A stretch of DNA of 64,000 bases from Escherichia phage ESCO13, in sequence record NC_047770.1; one strand, given 5' to 3'. Below are positions 45,006 to 54,027 of this stretch, piece after piece. Made by a program: the position numbers and the translations under genes. Each line of letters begins with the position of its first letter. The first letter of the stretch is position 1. The notes beneath the pieces were generated by a model. It was not told the DNA's origin. It was given only the letters and a program-made list of their open reading frames with translations, and searched no databases.

Positions 45006-45465
45006 GCTCCCAGTGTGTCCTTATATTCCGTTTCTTGAAGTATAGAGCACCTTTAGTAACATCTAAAACAGACCGCAATTCAGGAAAATGTTTCTCTAAA
45101 TAAAGTAAACGCTCCGCTATTGCTTTTGCTTCCTGCCACTTATCTTTCTCTGTCACGTTAAAAGTTTTCGCATATGAGAATTGCCCTTTCTGGAACAAGA
45201 CTCCCTTGACTGTGTTAGGGAAGTAGGCATCATTTCTTCTGTTGATTACCACATTCCCAACGGCATTCATTCCTTTTTTACCCAGACCGCGACCTTCTGC
45301 GTAAATTGCACAAGCTAATAGAATTTTATCATTATATTGCTTTGTACATTTGTGAACTACTTTAGCGGTTTTTACGTTTGCAGCTTCGGCTTTCGCCACA
45401 ACAGGTGTAAATGTAAAAGCAGTTAAGGATAGTAACGCAACTGTTACAAAGTTTTTTATCAGCAA
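44944..45465 (-). CDS. Secreted cell wall hydrolase, SleB/CwlJ family (endolysin candidate; TTG start)
   Basis: 173 aa; N-terminal signal peptide MLIKNFVTVALLSLTAFTFTPVVAKA; Hydrolase_2-like core LLACAIYAEGRG...NVVINRRND...VLFQKGQFSYAK; RBS AAGGAGG. Confidence 0.65.
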   Translation of the reverse strand: MLIKNFVTVALLSLTAFTFTPVVAKAEAANVKTAKVVHKCTKQYNDKILLACAIYAEGRGLGKKGMNAVGNVVINRRNDAYFPNTVKGVLFQKGQFSYAKTFNVTEKDKWQEAKAIAERLLYLEKHFPELRSVLDVTKGALYFKKRNIRTHWERDMRLVYRDKVHGFYLPKGS

Positions 45466-45497
45466 ATTTTGCCTCCTTTTTAAGTTAACGAACTTCT

Positions 45498-45526
45498 AGT
45501 ATAACACGATAGAGGCTTTATTGCAA
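45498..45526 (-). promoter_or_regulatory. Sigma70-like promoter candidate on the minus strand (TTGCAA-N17-TATACT)
   Basis: Minus-strand reading gives TTGCAA, 17-nt spacer, TATACT, then RBS and the hydrolase start; a GC hairpin (about 45527-45547) abuts the -35. Confidence 0.45.
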
Positions 45527-45565
45527 GAGGGGGACTTCTCCCCCCTCAAAATCATTTGTTAATTA

Positions 45566-46168
45566 TTATGGACATTCATACCATTCTTTTTTACCACCGA
45601 AGGCCATCACCACATCGCAAATATCCAGACCAGCTTTACCTACACCATATGCTTTCAGCTTCCATTCTCCATCTTCACGAACCAGGGAAGCCACGTGGCA
45701 GATTGTGTTGCCAGCTACTTCAGGAGCCAGGAAGTCAAAATCCAGAATTTCCACATTGCGCTCGGAGTCGAAGATTTTAAGCATACCTTCAGAAGCATGA
45801 CCAAAACGTTTCAGACCTGTATCATCATCAATGGTCAGAACAAAGGCAATCTCTTGTGCATCAGGAGAGATTTTAGCCAGAGTAATATCAATCTGCTCCA
45901 TGCTGCCAGTTCCATCACGAACATCGTCACCAGCGAAGGTAGAACGTTCAGGATCAAACTTGTTAGCATAGCAAACCAGATGACGTGCAGATAGCATTTC
46001 AGGATTGCCAGCGGCATTGTGACGACAAACCAGTGCACTTACATCCAGATCCAGTTTAGAATCAGATTTCCAAGAGAATTCCAGACGCAGTTCTTTCAGA
46101 GCCGGAGCAACTTTCTTCAGGGAAATTTTTTCGCTAGAACCTTTTTTCAGGGAAATTTTATCAGTCAT
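45566..46168 (-). CDS. terD: TerD-domain protein
   Basis: 200 aa; N-terminus MTDKISLKKGSSEKISLKK (TerD-type ISLxKG strand, duplicated); acidic GDDVRDGTG region; size typical of TerD. Confidence 0.65.
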   Translation of the reverse strand: MTDKISLKKGSSEKISLKKVAPALKELRLEFSWKSDSKLDLDVSALVCRHNAAGNPEMLSARHLVCYANKFDPERSTFAGDDVRDGTGSMEQIDITLAKISPDAQEIAFVLTIDDDTGLKRFGHASEGMLKIFDSERNVEILDFDFLAPEVAGNTICHVASLVREDGEWKLKAYGVGKAGLDICDVVMAFGGKKEWYECP

Positions 46169-46183
46169 CTTTTGTCTCCTCTA

Positions 46184-46453
46184 TTATTTAAGTGTAATAC
46201 CAGTTACAGTCAATTCTACTTCCAAAAGCTTAGATGTGTTTTGGATTGATACTAATTGTGCATGATGGTTTAGTTCTACAGCAGAATAATCATTTTCCCC
46301 ATCATCTACTTTTAAATAAACAATGATTTCACTAAGGTCTAAACCATTTTCGTCAAATGCATTTTCATAGACGAAAGTATCTCCTACATCCAAATCTTTA
46401 ATGGTAAGGCATCGTTTATTTACTTTTTGCTCATCAATTTCGAAGTTTAACAC
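46184..46453 (-). CDS. Small acidic protein, paralog A (upstream partner of TerD)
   Basis: 89 aa; paralogous to 47475-47819 (DLDVGDTFVY...LEVELTVTGITLK versus DLDVGATFMY...VEVDLEVTNITLKKEK). Confidence 0.45.
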   Translation of the reverse strand: MLNFEIDEQKVNKRCLTIKDLDVGDTFVYENAFDENGLDLSEIIVYLKVDDGENDYSAVELNHHAQLVSIQNTSKLLEVELTVTGITLK

Positions 46454-46682
46454 TTCTTCCTCCTAATGTTATCTCCGGTTTGTATATACGAAGAATTATA
46501 GCATTTTCATTTTCTTTGTCAACCCATTCTTCATAATCAGGCCATACATGAATCTCTACTCTACTTACAATATCTTCCATTCGCACAGTCCCAATGAAAT
46601 ACTCTTTGAGACTGCGCATAATGAAAGCTTCTCTCTCGCGCCAATAATTTTCTATGACTTGAGAGGCAAGCTCGTCGATCAT
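46434..46682 (-). CDS. Hypothetical protein
   Basis: 82 aa; start overlaps the vWA stop. Confidence 0.4.
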   Translation of the reverse strand: MIDELASQVIENYWREREAFIMRSLKEYFIGTVRMEDIVSRVEIHVWPDYEEWVDKENENAIILRIYKPEITLGGRSVKLRN

Positions 46683-47473
46683 TTTTTAGCACCTACTTTA
46701 ACAACCCACTCTCCGAACTCTTCAGATAAGAGTTTGTCATAAAGCTCTGAATCTGTCAAGTCTAAATCTTTAATGCCAATAAAACCAACATTATCATAAG
46801 CATTTGCCAGTTCTTTCAGGAAGCCAAACTTCTCATTACCAACGCCAACCATGAACCAATAAATAGGTTTATTCTTATTCTCTTCAATAAGACGACGAAC
46901 AGCACTAGGATCACCATTCTCACCATCCGTCTGGAAGAATACAACACCAGGGGTAACGTCAGCACCTGGTTCAGACACAGCTACAACCTTTTCACGCTCT
47001 ACAGATACTGTTTCAGTTTTACCAAGCAGACGATTAAAGAAGCCTTTCTTTGGAGCCTCCTCTTGTACCACTTGTTTAGTGGTAATATATTTGGTAACAG
47101 TGCCAAAATACTCATCGTAGATATCTGCCATTACAGGGGCGTAATTTGTTCCACCTCCGATACGAACATTACGCATACATTTACCAACATAGTCATCGTA
47201 AACGTCTGCTGTTGCTGGAGTAAGCTCTTGGGAACTCGTATTGAAGGCCCACATATCAATTTGTTGATTATCGTCGAACAGCATACCAAAAGGAAGCAGT
47301 TTACCTACAAAATCACTCACTACCCCACTAGAATATAGACCATGCATACTACCAGAAATATCTAGAGCACATGCTACACGAAGAACAATCTTACCTTCAT
47401 TCAGGTTCTTATTCTTTTTCAGAGAGAAAGCAAGGTTTTCTTGACGTTTTTTCAGGCTGATTTTCTCGGACAT
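46679..47473 (-). CDS. von Willebrand factor A domain protein (TerY-like)
   Basis: 264 aa; MIDAS motif DISGSM, GGTNY and TDGENG elements; N-terminus MSEKISLKK resembles the TerD N-terminal strand. Confidence 0.65.
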   Translation of the reverse strand: MSEKISLKKRQENLAFSLKKNKNLNEGKIVLRVACALDISGSMHGLYSSGVVSDFVGKLLPFGMLFDDNQQIDMWAFNTSSQELTPATADVYDDYVGKCMRNVRIGGGTNYAPVMADIYDEYFGTVTKYITTKQVVQEEAPKKGFFNRLLGKTETVSVEREKVVAVSEPGADVTPGVVFFQTDGENGDPSAVRRLIEENKNKPIYWFMVGVGNEKFGFLKELANAYDNVGFIGIKDLDLTDSELYDKLLSEEFGEWVVKVGAKK

Positions 47474-47474
47474 A

Positions 47475-47819
47475 TTATTTCTCCTTCTTAAGTGTAATAT
47501 TGGTAACTTCTAAATCTACTTCCACCATATTTGTATCTGGTGGGATGCAATGAGTATAGCCTCGTTGTGCTAGTGATCCATTAATACAAATCGCACTGTT
47601 TGTGGAATTTTTAATGAACACCAAGTTACGGTAGGTATCCAACCCTGCGTCTTCATAGGCATCATAATACATGAATGTGGCCCCTACGTCAAGATCTTCG
47701 AAAGCAATAGGTAAATCCTGACTTTTTTCTTCTTGAATATTGAATCTAAACACGCATACCTCCTCTACCAATTTTGAAGCCCAAATCGTAAGCTTCCTTA
47801 GTGATCTTTTGTAACTCAC
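47475..47819 (-). CDS. Small acidic protein, paralog B (upstream partner of vWA; GTG start)
   Basis: 114 aa; paralog of 46184-46453; the homologous region starts about 22 residues in. Confidence 0.45.
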   Translation of the reverse strand: MSYKRSLRKLTIWASKLVEEVCVFRFNIQEEKSQDLPIAFEDLDVGATFMYYDAYEDAGLDTYRNLVFIKNSTNSAICINGSLAQRGYTHCIPPDTNMVEVDLEVTNITLKKEK

Positions 47820-48309
47820 TTATAGGAAGTGTTACAAGAGGATCATCTTCTTCAATTTCCATCTTGTCATCTTCTGTTTCAATGAGAGTATTATGCACTT
47901 TGTGATAAGGGTTGTCAACACGTTTAAACTTATTCTTTTCTGTGCTGAAAAAACAATCTGGATCTTCTTCGCCATCACCCCAACCTTGGTTAGGATCTCC
48001 GTCAGATTGTTCTGTAGGGATTTCACCTGTAAAATACTCTTCCAGCACCATAGCGATACCATCCCTTGGATTCGAGGAATGCATTAAATCACAAACCTTA
48101 CCCCAATCCATAGCCCATTCGAACCGTTCACGAACGCCATTTTCATCCTCCTTTCCAGAGAAAACACAACCATAACTATCATAGTTGCCATACATCTCTT
48201 CAATAACAACACCGTCCTTCAAAAGAAAGAGATAACAAGGTGATCCGTCGAAAGAAGTAGAAAGGGCAGCTTTGCCCGATTCTTTGCACAAAAAGCTAAA
48301 ACAACCCAT
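47746..48309 (-). CDS. Hypothetical acidic protein
   Basis: 187 aa ORF, coupled to neighbours. Confidence 0.4.
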   Translation of the reverse strand: MGCFSFLCKESGKAALSTSFDGSPCYLFLLKDGVVIEEMYGNYDSYGCVFSGKEDENGVRERFEWAMDWGKVCDLMHSSNPRDGIAMVLEEYFTGEIPTEQSDGDPNQGWGDGEEDPDCFFSTEKNKFKRVDNPYHKVHNTLIETEDDKMEIEEDDPLVTLPISELQKITKEAYDLGFKIGRGGMRV

Positions 48310-48512
48310 TACAAACCCTCCTTCAGATTATCAAGAGCTACAGTGGTTTCACAAAATTCTCCATAAGCTTTATGATGTTCCAGAAAAGCTTCGGGTCCAC
48401 CCCAATCATTGTCTTGTGTATTCCAGCCATCAATAAAAGCATCTTCAATGATTGTGATCAGTTCTTGTCGGGTTAACTGGATAATATTAGGGTCGTTATC
48501 GTAGTTAAACAT
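48309..48512 (-). CDS. Hypothetical protein
   Basis: 67 aa. Confidence 0.35.
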   Translation of the reverse strand: MFNYDNDPNIIQLTRQELITIIEDAFIDGWNTQDNDWGGPEAFLEHHKAYGEFCETTVALDNLKEGL

Positions 48513-48678
48513 CCTCTTCCTCCTCTAAAATATGGAACCCGTAATTACAATAGTCCTGAAAGGTTTCGTGTGCAAGATCTTCTATATCCTCTTGAGACAT
48601 ATCATCTTCAATTTCGATATCCACAACCTCATTGCATCCACACCAAGCAGTTTCAATATTCACTCGTAATATTTTCAT
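48505..48678 (-). CDS. Small ORF not in the track (about 57 aa), translationally coupled
   Basis: ATG overlaps the upstream stop (TAATG); its stop overlaps the next ATG; protein MKILRVNIETAWCGCNEVVDIEIEDD... Confidence 0.3.
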   Translation of the reverse strand: MKILRVNIETAWCGCNEVVDIEIEDDMSQEDIEDLAHETFQDYCNYGFHILEEEEDV

Positions 48679-48878
48679 TACTCCTCCTCCTCCTCATTGA
48701 AGTCAATATCTGCAAGGAGTTCGAATTTACGGAAGTTACGACAACCTTCATAAATATAACAATCACGACAAACTGCTAGAACACTTGGGGGATATATGCC
48801 TCCCATCGGCGCGAATCGTTTTTCGTCATCATAACGGACACCAATGTCCTCATCAATTATATAGATACGGATTCTCAT
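48678..48878 (-). CDS. Hypothetical Cys-containing acidic protein
   Basis: 66 aa; CRDCYIYEGC; poly-Glu C-terminus. Confidence 0.35.
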   Translation of the reverse strand: MRIRIYIIDEDIGVRYDDEKRFAPMGGIYPPSVLAVCRDCYIYEGCRNFRKFELLADIDFNEEEEE

Positions 48879-49987
48879 TTACCAAGCCCTCGTTTCACAG
48901 CAGCTACCATCCCGTCTTCCAAAGATTGAACTTCATTAATATAATCAACACGAGCAGCACGGGCTTCCGTATTGATGCGGTTAGTTTCTTCCAACATCTT
49001 AACCAAGTTTTCCTGATCGTGACGCAGAGTTTCAATATCCAACACTTGACGGTTAGCCAGTGCTGCTGCTTCGATCTGATTCTGTGTGGCAAGATCGCTA
49101 CCCAGTTTAATTGCCAGGTTAAATTCATCAAGAACGTTATTCTGCGTCTCTGCTGCTTTCATTTGACGTAAGCTCTCGATATACATTGAGAAGTTAGCAG
49201 AGTAAGCAGGAATAACATTATTTACTATGTTACGCGCAGATCGCATTAAGCTTGCAGAAACTTTTTGCATACCTTGTACACGCGGTCCCATTTGGACACA
49301 CAGTAGGCGCAATGCTTTTAAATCTGCAATACGAATCTCCAGAAGATCCAAAGTATCTCGGATCACTTGTCGCTGTTCTACTGCATCTTCTGGAAGAGCA
49401 GCCAAAGCTTGTTCTTCTTTTTCATAGGTTGCTGTTAGAAGCTGCATATCTCGGTTCAAACTTGCAGCATATTGTCCAATAGCTTGATGTAGCTTTTCAA
49501 GATATACCAAGGAATCTTCTTCTTTGCGAATATCCATTTGAAGGTTTTTTACCAACTCTTCAATACGGTTATTAACATTATCAAACTCCCCAAACAGATC
49601 TTCTTTCATACCCATAACTTTTTTAATGAGTTTAGTAATACCCTTGCTTTGTTTAATAGAGTTTGGATCAAGTTGTTTTGCCTGTTTAATCAAAGCTGTG
49701 AGTCGTTCACTCATCTGATCGCCTTGATTACTACGTTGATGTTTTAATACCTCGGCATTCAAGGAACGCAAGGTTGTTCCTGCCTCTGCCCCAATCTCTT
49801 CGATCTCTTGTCGGGTCATAGAAGGCAAAACTGGAACTTCTTGCGGTGCCGCTGGTGCATAAACAGGACTGGCATCTAACACGCTTGGAGCGAATACAGA
49901 TTTACTTGCATCTGTTGTTGCAGCAAATACGCTCATTTCAGGCTTCTTCTGACCGCCAGTAGCTGCTTTTAAAAATGGACTTGTCAT
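48875..49987 (-). CDS. TelA-like (toxic anion resistance family) helical protein
   Basis: 370 aa, helical/coiled-coil throughout; size and composition resemble TelA/YceH-family proteins; supported by the TerD/vWA/TerC context, not by a confirmed motif. Confidence 0.4.
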   Translation of the reverse strand: MTSPFLKAATGGQKKPEMSVFAATTDASKSVFAPSVLDASPVYAPAAPQEVPVLPSMTRQEIEEIGAEAGTTLRSLNAEVLKHQRSNQGDQMSERLTALIKQAKQLDPNSIKQSKGITKLIKKVMGMKEDLFGEFDNVNNRIEELVKNLQMDIRKEEDSLVYLEKLHQAIGQYAASLNRDMQLLTATYEKEEQALAALPEDAVEQRQVIRDTLDLLEIRIADLKALRLLCVQMGPRVQGMQKVSASLMRSARNIVNNVIPAYSANFSMYIESLRQMKAAETQNNVLDEFNLAIKLGSDLATQNQIEAAALANRQVLDIETLRHDQENLVKMLEETNRINTEARAARVDYINEVQSLEDGMVAAVKRGLGK

Positions 49988-50574
49988 TCTTCATTCTCCT
50001 CTTCTGCATCTCTTATATATGGTGAAACACCGTACTCTTTAGCTACTTTAACCCAATCGTCCCATTTATACAACCATAATTTTCCTTCGGTCCCTTCTTT
50101 ATCTGATTTCAACCACATATTAGGTTGCTTACCTGGGTACATGCGATTAGGTTTACGATTATAACCTCTAACACATCTTGTCGCAAACCTATCTACCAGA
50201 ACAAGAACATATTTATATTCGTGGTTCAACGGCTCTTTGGAAGTGGCTTTAGGATTAGCCCCTAACTCTGCTGCCAGTTTTTGCCAATGAGCACCGTGTC
50301 TACTAAACTTACCCATACAACCATCAATAGCATGAGCAATTTCGTGCTTCATTGTATCCACGATCATATCTCTTGTAGAGTTCTTATGCAAGTGCCAATT
50401 TACAACAACAATTTTATCTCGGTAGTTGCACCAACCGAAAGAGTTATTCACTTTGTTTCTAACACAAGCTTTATATCCTGCTTCACGTAACATGTTGTAG
50501 TAAACAGGAAAATCTTCTTTTATTTCCTGCATCACTTCCCACCACAAGAGTTGCAAGTCTCTCTCGGTATACAT
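49984..50574 (-). CDS. SprT-like zinc metallopeptidase domain protein
   Basis: 196 aa; MKHEIAHAIDGCMGKFSRHGAHW (HExxH followed by HGxxW). Confidence 0.55.
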   Translation of the reverse strand: MYTERDLQLLWWEVMQEIKEDFPVYYNMLREAGYKACVRNKVNNSFGWCNYRDKIVVVNWHLHKNSTRDMIVDTMKHEIAHAIDGCMGKFSRHGAHWQKLAAELGANPKATSKEPLNHEYKYVLVLVDRFATRCVRGYNRKPNRMYPGKQPNMWLKSDKEGTEGKLWLYKWDDWVKVAKEYGVSPYIRDAEEENEE

Positions 50575-50577
50575 AAC

Positions 50578-51171
50578 TTACACCTTAAAAGTGAAATGCG
50601 TGGTCGTGGTTTCAAAATCAGGACCAGATAAACGTGCACTGAAATCTGAAATATTTGTAATTAAAAAGCTTTTATGCATACCTAACACAGCTACGCTTTC
50701 AATATCTTCTACTAACATTTCAACCATGTTAGAAACATGGCTGAACGTAGAGTTTTGTTTTTTGATGGTGTAGAAAGAAAGATTCCCACCTGCTGTATAA
50801 GATACCTCTTCAAAATCTTTAATCGTATATTGTGTGCCATCAGTAAAGAAAATGGTAGCTTTATTAGTAGCACGTTTCTTGTTTTTTGGTCCTTTTTTAC
50901 GTTTACTGCGAGTAGGCAAACCGTTTGGGAACACCATAGCTACAAATTCTTCAGCAGAAACCTCCTTACCGAAATCATAACCATAAGAAACAGCGTCTAT
51001 AAACTCGTCATCTTCATTTTTAAAATAATGGAAATAGGGCCAATTTGAAAGATTATCAAGCATCTTATGCTCGTCCACAGCAGAGAATGTATCCCTCAAA
51101 GCGCGTGTGATTTGCAAAGCATTAGGCAACCTTTTAACACCTACGATGGAAGTACGAATAGAAATTGTCAT
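50578..51171 (-). CDS. Hypothetical protein
   Basis: 197 aa; basic central segment; no motif recognised. Confidence 0.4.
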   Translation of the reverse strand: MTISIRTSIVGVKRLPNALQITRALRDTFSAVDEHKMLDNLSNWPYFHYFKNEDDEFIDAVSYGYDFGKEVSAEEFVAMVFPNGLPTRSKRKKGPKNKKRATNKATIFFTDGTQYTIKDFEEVSYTAGGNLSFYTIKKQNSTFSHVSNMVEMLVEDIESVAVLGMHKSFLITNISDFSARLSGPDFETTTTHFTFKV

Positions 51172-51185
51172 TGTTTTTCTCCTTA

Positions 51186-51698
51186 TTAACGTCGCTTGCT
51201 ACGAGATGAACTCTTTTTACTTAAAGGGCTATTGTAAGATTTACGAGTTGTATAGCTACTATTTGTTTTAAAAGTTTGTCTCGGCTTTTCATAAGTTTTT
51301 ATCTCTTGTTTAGGCTTACTATAAAAATTAGTTTTCGGTTTAGGTGTATTATAATGCTTATTAATAATCGTTCTGTTATCGTTATAATCCCCACTGCTAC
51401 GATTACTACCGCCACTCATCATATGCCCTAACAACATACCTGTAGCAAACTCACCAACACCGCTACTACTAGAACCGCCACCATTGTTGATAATAGTTGT
51501 ATCTCCGTCAGATCCTTGTTGAGCGTATTGTTGAGGAGGTTGTTGGTATTGTGCAGGATTTGTTTCATCCTCGCAAGCTGTTAAAAAGATACAACCAATT
51601 AAAATCAGGGCTAGTTTTTTCATATTTGCTTTCCTCGTTTTGGCTATTAATACATCTGTGTTTGAAATCTCCAGAGAAGCAATAAAGTTGCTCTCCAT
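51186..51698 (-). CDS. Lipoprotein, Gly/Ser-rich (probable true start ATG at about 51623)
   Basis: Internal start gives MKKLALILIGCIFLTAC with lipobox LTAC; RBS GAGGA; mature part is Q/G/S-rich then basic. Confidence 0.5.
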   Translation of the reverse strand: MESNFIASLEISNTDVLIAKTRKANMKKLALILIGCIFLTACEDETNPAQYQQPPQQYAQQGSDGDTTIINNGGGSSSSGVGEFATGMLLGHMMSGGSNRSSGDYNDNRTIINKHYNTPKPKTNFYSKPKQEIKTYEKPRQTFKTNSSYTTRKSYNSPLSKKSSSRSKRR

Positions 51699-51806
51699 CT
51701 CGGTATAAACTCACTTTACTGCCGTTGATTACGCTTGTCAATACAAAAATTACAACAAACAACCCTATTGCAAAACAAATATTTTCAAACACAACCAACA
51801 AGTATT

Positions 51807-52157
51807 TCATTTTAAAAATACCTCATCATCAGTTTCATTATCCCAGAAGAACAAGTCCCAACCATTCGGATCATTCCATTTAGCTGCTGGAGAAGTCCAT
51901 ATTTGCTCGATATCAATATTCAAAACTTCACCGTTTCGTTTTGAAACAGCTTTAGTTAATTCCCAACGGGATACAGGCTCCACTTCCCCTGAACCACTCC
52001 CACAACAAGCTACCACATTAGGAGGCAAATTAATTGGATCTTTGGTCACGATCATAACGCTTACCCCAGGGTAAACTTTTGAAAGATAATCTAAAACGTA
52101 ATCCACATCACCAGATAAATCCCAAACAAGTTCTTGAATTTCATCAAAATTACTCAT
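51807..52157 (-). CDS. Hypothetical protein
   Basis: 116 aa; RBS AGGAGAG. Confidence 0.4.
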   Translation of the reverse strand: MSNFDEIQELVWDLSGDVDYVLDYLSKVYPGVSVMIVTKDPINLPPNVVACCGSGSGEVEPVSRWELTKAVSKRNGEVLNIDIEQIWTSPAAKWNDPNGWDLFFWDNETDDEVFLK

Positions 52158-52169
52158 AAGTCTCTCCTA

Positions 52170-52193
52170 TAAAATAGCCTCCCGAAGGAGGCT
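52170..52193 (-). terminator. Rho-independent terminator candidate downstream of terC (minus strand)
   Basis: AGCCTCC-CGAA-GGAGGCT followed on the minus strand by ATTTTAT. Confidence 0.4.
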
Positions 52194-52199
52194 CATTTA

Positions 52200-53174
52200 T
52201 TAAACAGTAGCTTCTTCTTTTTCAGGGAAGATAAAGCTTGCAATAACACCAAGAGATAATGTGCCTAGAACAATCATCAGACTTACGTTAGGGGAAATAT
52301 CATGCGGGAGGAATGACCACTTGGCATGAAGTGTTTCACCGAACGGGTGATACATAAGTTTAGCACCAACAAACACCAGAACCACAGCAACAGCTTTCTC
52401 TAAGTGAACCAGATATTTCACAGCTACACTTAACACAAAGAAAAGTGCACGTAAACCAAGAACAGCCATCAGCATTGCAGAATAAACTAGCAGAGGTTCT
52501 TGTGTCACACCGATCACAGCCGGAACTGAATCAAAAGAGAAGACAATATCTGTAAGCTCAATAACAAACACACAAAGAAGAGCAGGAGTTGCATATTTAA
52601 TACCATTCTTAATGGTGATGAACTTTTCACCATCCAGTGCATTGTGCACAGGCAGAACTTTACCTACTAAACGAACAGCCCAATGTTTAGAGTAATCAAT
52701 ATCCTCTTCTTCGTCACCACCTTTGATGATAGCCACGGCAGACCAAGCTACAATCAAACCGAACAACACTTGGACCGACCAATGAAGGTTAAACAAAGCG
52801 GTCCCTGCTGCAACAAAAATACCTCGGAAGACAATGGCTCCTGCAATCCCCCAAAGTAGAATCTTATGTTGGAGATGTGTGCTCTTAATTCCAAAGCTTG
52901 CAAAAATTGCCATGAACACCATTAGGTTATCTACAGAAAGACTCTTTTCCAACACATAGCCACTTAGGAAAAGCGCGGCAAACTCTTTACCATGTTCTAC
53001 CCAAATGAATGCGTAATACCCTAAAGCTAAAGCAATCCAAAAAACAGACCAAAGCAAAGCAGATTTAATTCCAATTTCTTTATTCTCTTTATGACCAAAG
53101 AAATCGATACCAATAGACAATGCTAAAATACCAACTAAAACAACTACATCAATAATTGGGAAACCGAGTTGCAT
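52200..53174 (-). CDS. terC: TerC-family integral membrane protein
   Basis: 324 aa, multi-pass membrane protein; signature segments EKSLSVDNLMVF and ELTDIVFSFDSVPAVIGVT (the two TerC repeats). Confidence 0.8.
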   Translation of the reverse strand: MQLGFPIIDVVVLVGILALSIGIDFFGHKENKEIGIKSALLWSVFWIALALGYYAFIWVEHGKEFAALFLSGYVLEKSLSVDNLMVFMAIFASFGIKSTHLQHKILLWGIAGAIVFRGIFVAAGTALFNLHWSVQVLFGLIVAWSAVAIIKGGDEEEDIDYSKHWAVRLVGKVLPVHNALDGEKFITIKNGIKYATPALLCVFVIELTDIVFSFDSVPAVIGVTQEPLLVYSAMLMAVLGLRALFFVLSVAVKYLVHLEKAVAVVLVFVGAKLMYHPFGETLHAKWSFLPHDISPNVSLMIVLGTLSLGVIASFIFPEKEEATV

Positions 53175-53253
53175 TCTTTTCTCCTCTCTTTGCGGGGAAC
53201 TATTCCCCGCTTCATGTGATATATCTTACTCTTTTTAAGAACTATGTCAACAC

Positions 53254-53475
53254 TTATTTTGTTGAATGAGAGGAAAAGATTCCTCGTAATACCGCCAAAA
53301 TAAACGAAACACAAACCACGGTCCAGAAGGTTACTGGGACAGTGATATCTGCATGACCCATAACTTCAGCAACATAGTTGTAAGCCAGCAACAGTAACCA
53401 AGCTGGAATCAAACTAAGCATAAAAGCAATAACAAAAAAGCTTACCACTGCAACAATACCTGCAAAAACACCCAT
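53254..53475 (-). CDS. Small membrane protein
   Basis: 73 aa; two to three hydrophobic helices. Confidence 0.4.
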   Translation of the reverse strand: MGVFAGIVAVVSFFVIAFMLSLIPAWLLLLAYNYVAEVMGHADITVPVTFWTVVCVSFILAVLRGIFSSHSTK

Positions 53476-53487
53476 ACTAATCTCCTC

Positions 53488-54027
53488 TTAAAGTTTATAA
53501 ATAGTCACATCGTGACCTGTTTTTACTAAAGTTTCTTCAATCATCACTTGGATGATAGCCCAATTACCTCCGGCATGTCCCGCTCCAATCATAGGTAAAC
53601 CGATCTTACATTTTTGGTCACGGAGAAGCAAATCATTAGCCATAGCTATTAGTGCATCGTAAAGTGCATCATAGTCCAACTGACGACCTTTAGCATTGTA
53701 TCCGTAACGGTATTGCCCGTATAGATTATATACCAAAGGGTCTGATTGTTCGTCTGGCACCCCTAAACTAAAAGAACCTAACTTACTTTGATCACCAGCC
53801 ATTGTGTCTAAATCTGCCGCATATGCATAAGGGAATGCTCGTTTAATTTGCGGAGCAATTCCTGCTCCCATATTACACATACAATTGCAACAATGAGCAA
53901 TAACAGTTACTTCACCTGCTTTAGCGGCATCAATAAGATTACCTGTTTTCATTTTAAGCATTTTTAGCTCCTTATTACAGAATGTGTTGTTTTGTGTAAC
54001 GATCCAAGAATTCAAAGTTTTCAGCAT
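53488..54027 (-). CDS. Macro-domain-like protein (probable start ATG at about 53961)
   Basis: VIAHCCNCMCNMGAGIAPQIKRAF and IGLPMIGAGHAGGNW resemble the macro-domain ADP-ribose-binding signature; internal ATG with RBS AAGGAG avoids overlap with the PRTase. Confidence 0.45.
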   Translation of the reverse strand: MLKTLNSWIVTQNNTFCNKELKMLKMKTGNLIDAAKAGEVTVIAHCCNCMCNMGAGIAPQIKRAFPYAYAADLDTMAGDQSKLGSFSLGVPDEQSDPLVYNLYGQYRYGYNAKGRQLDYDALYDALIAMANDLLLRDQKCKIGLPMIGAGHAGGNWAIIQVMIEETLVKTGHDVTIYKL

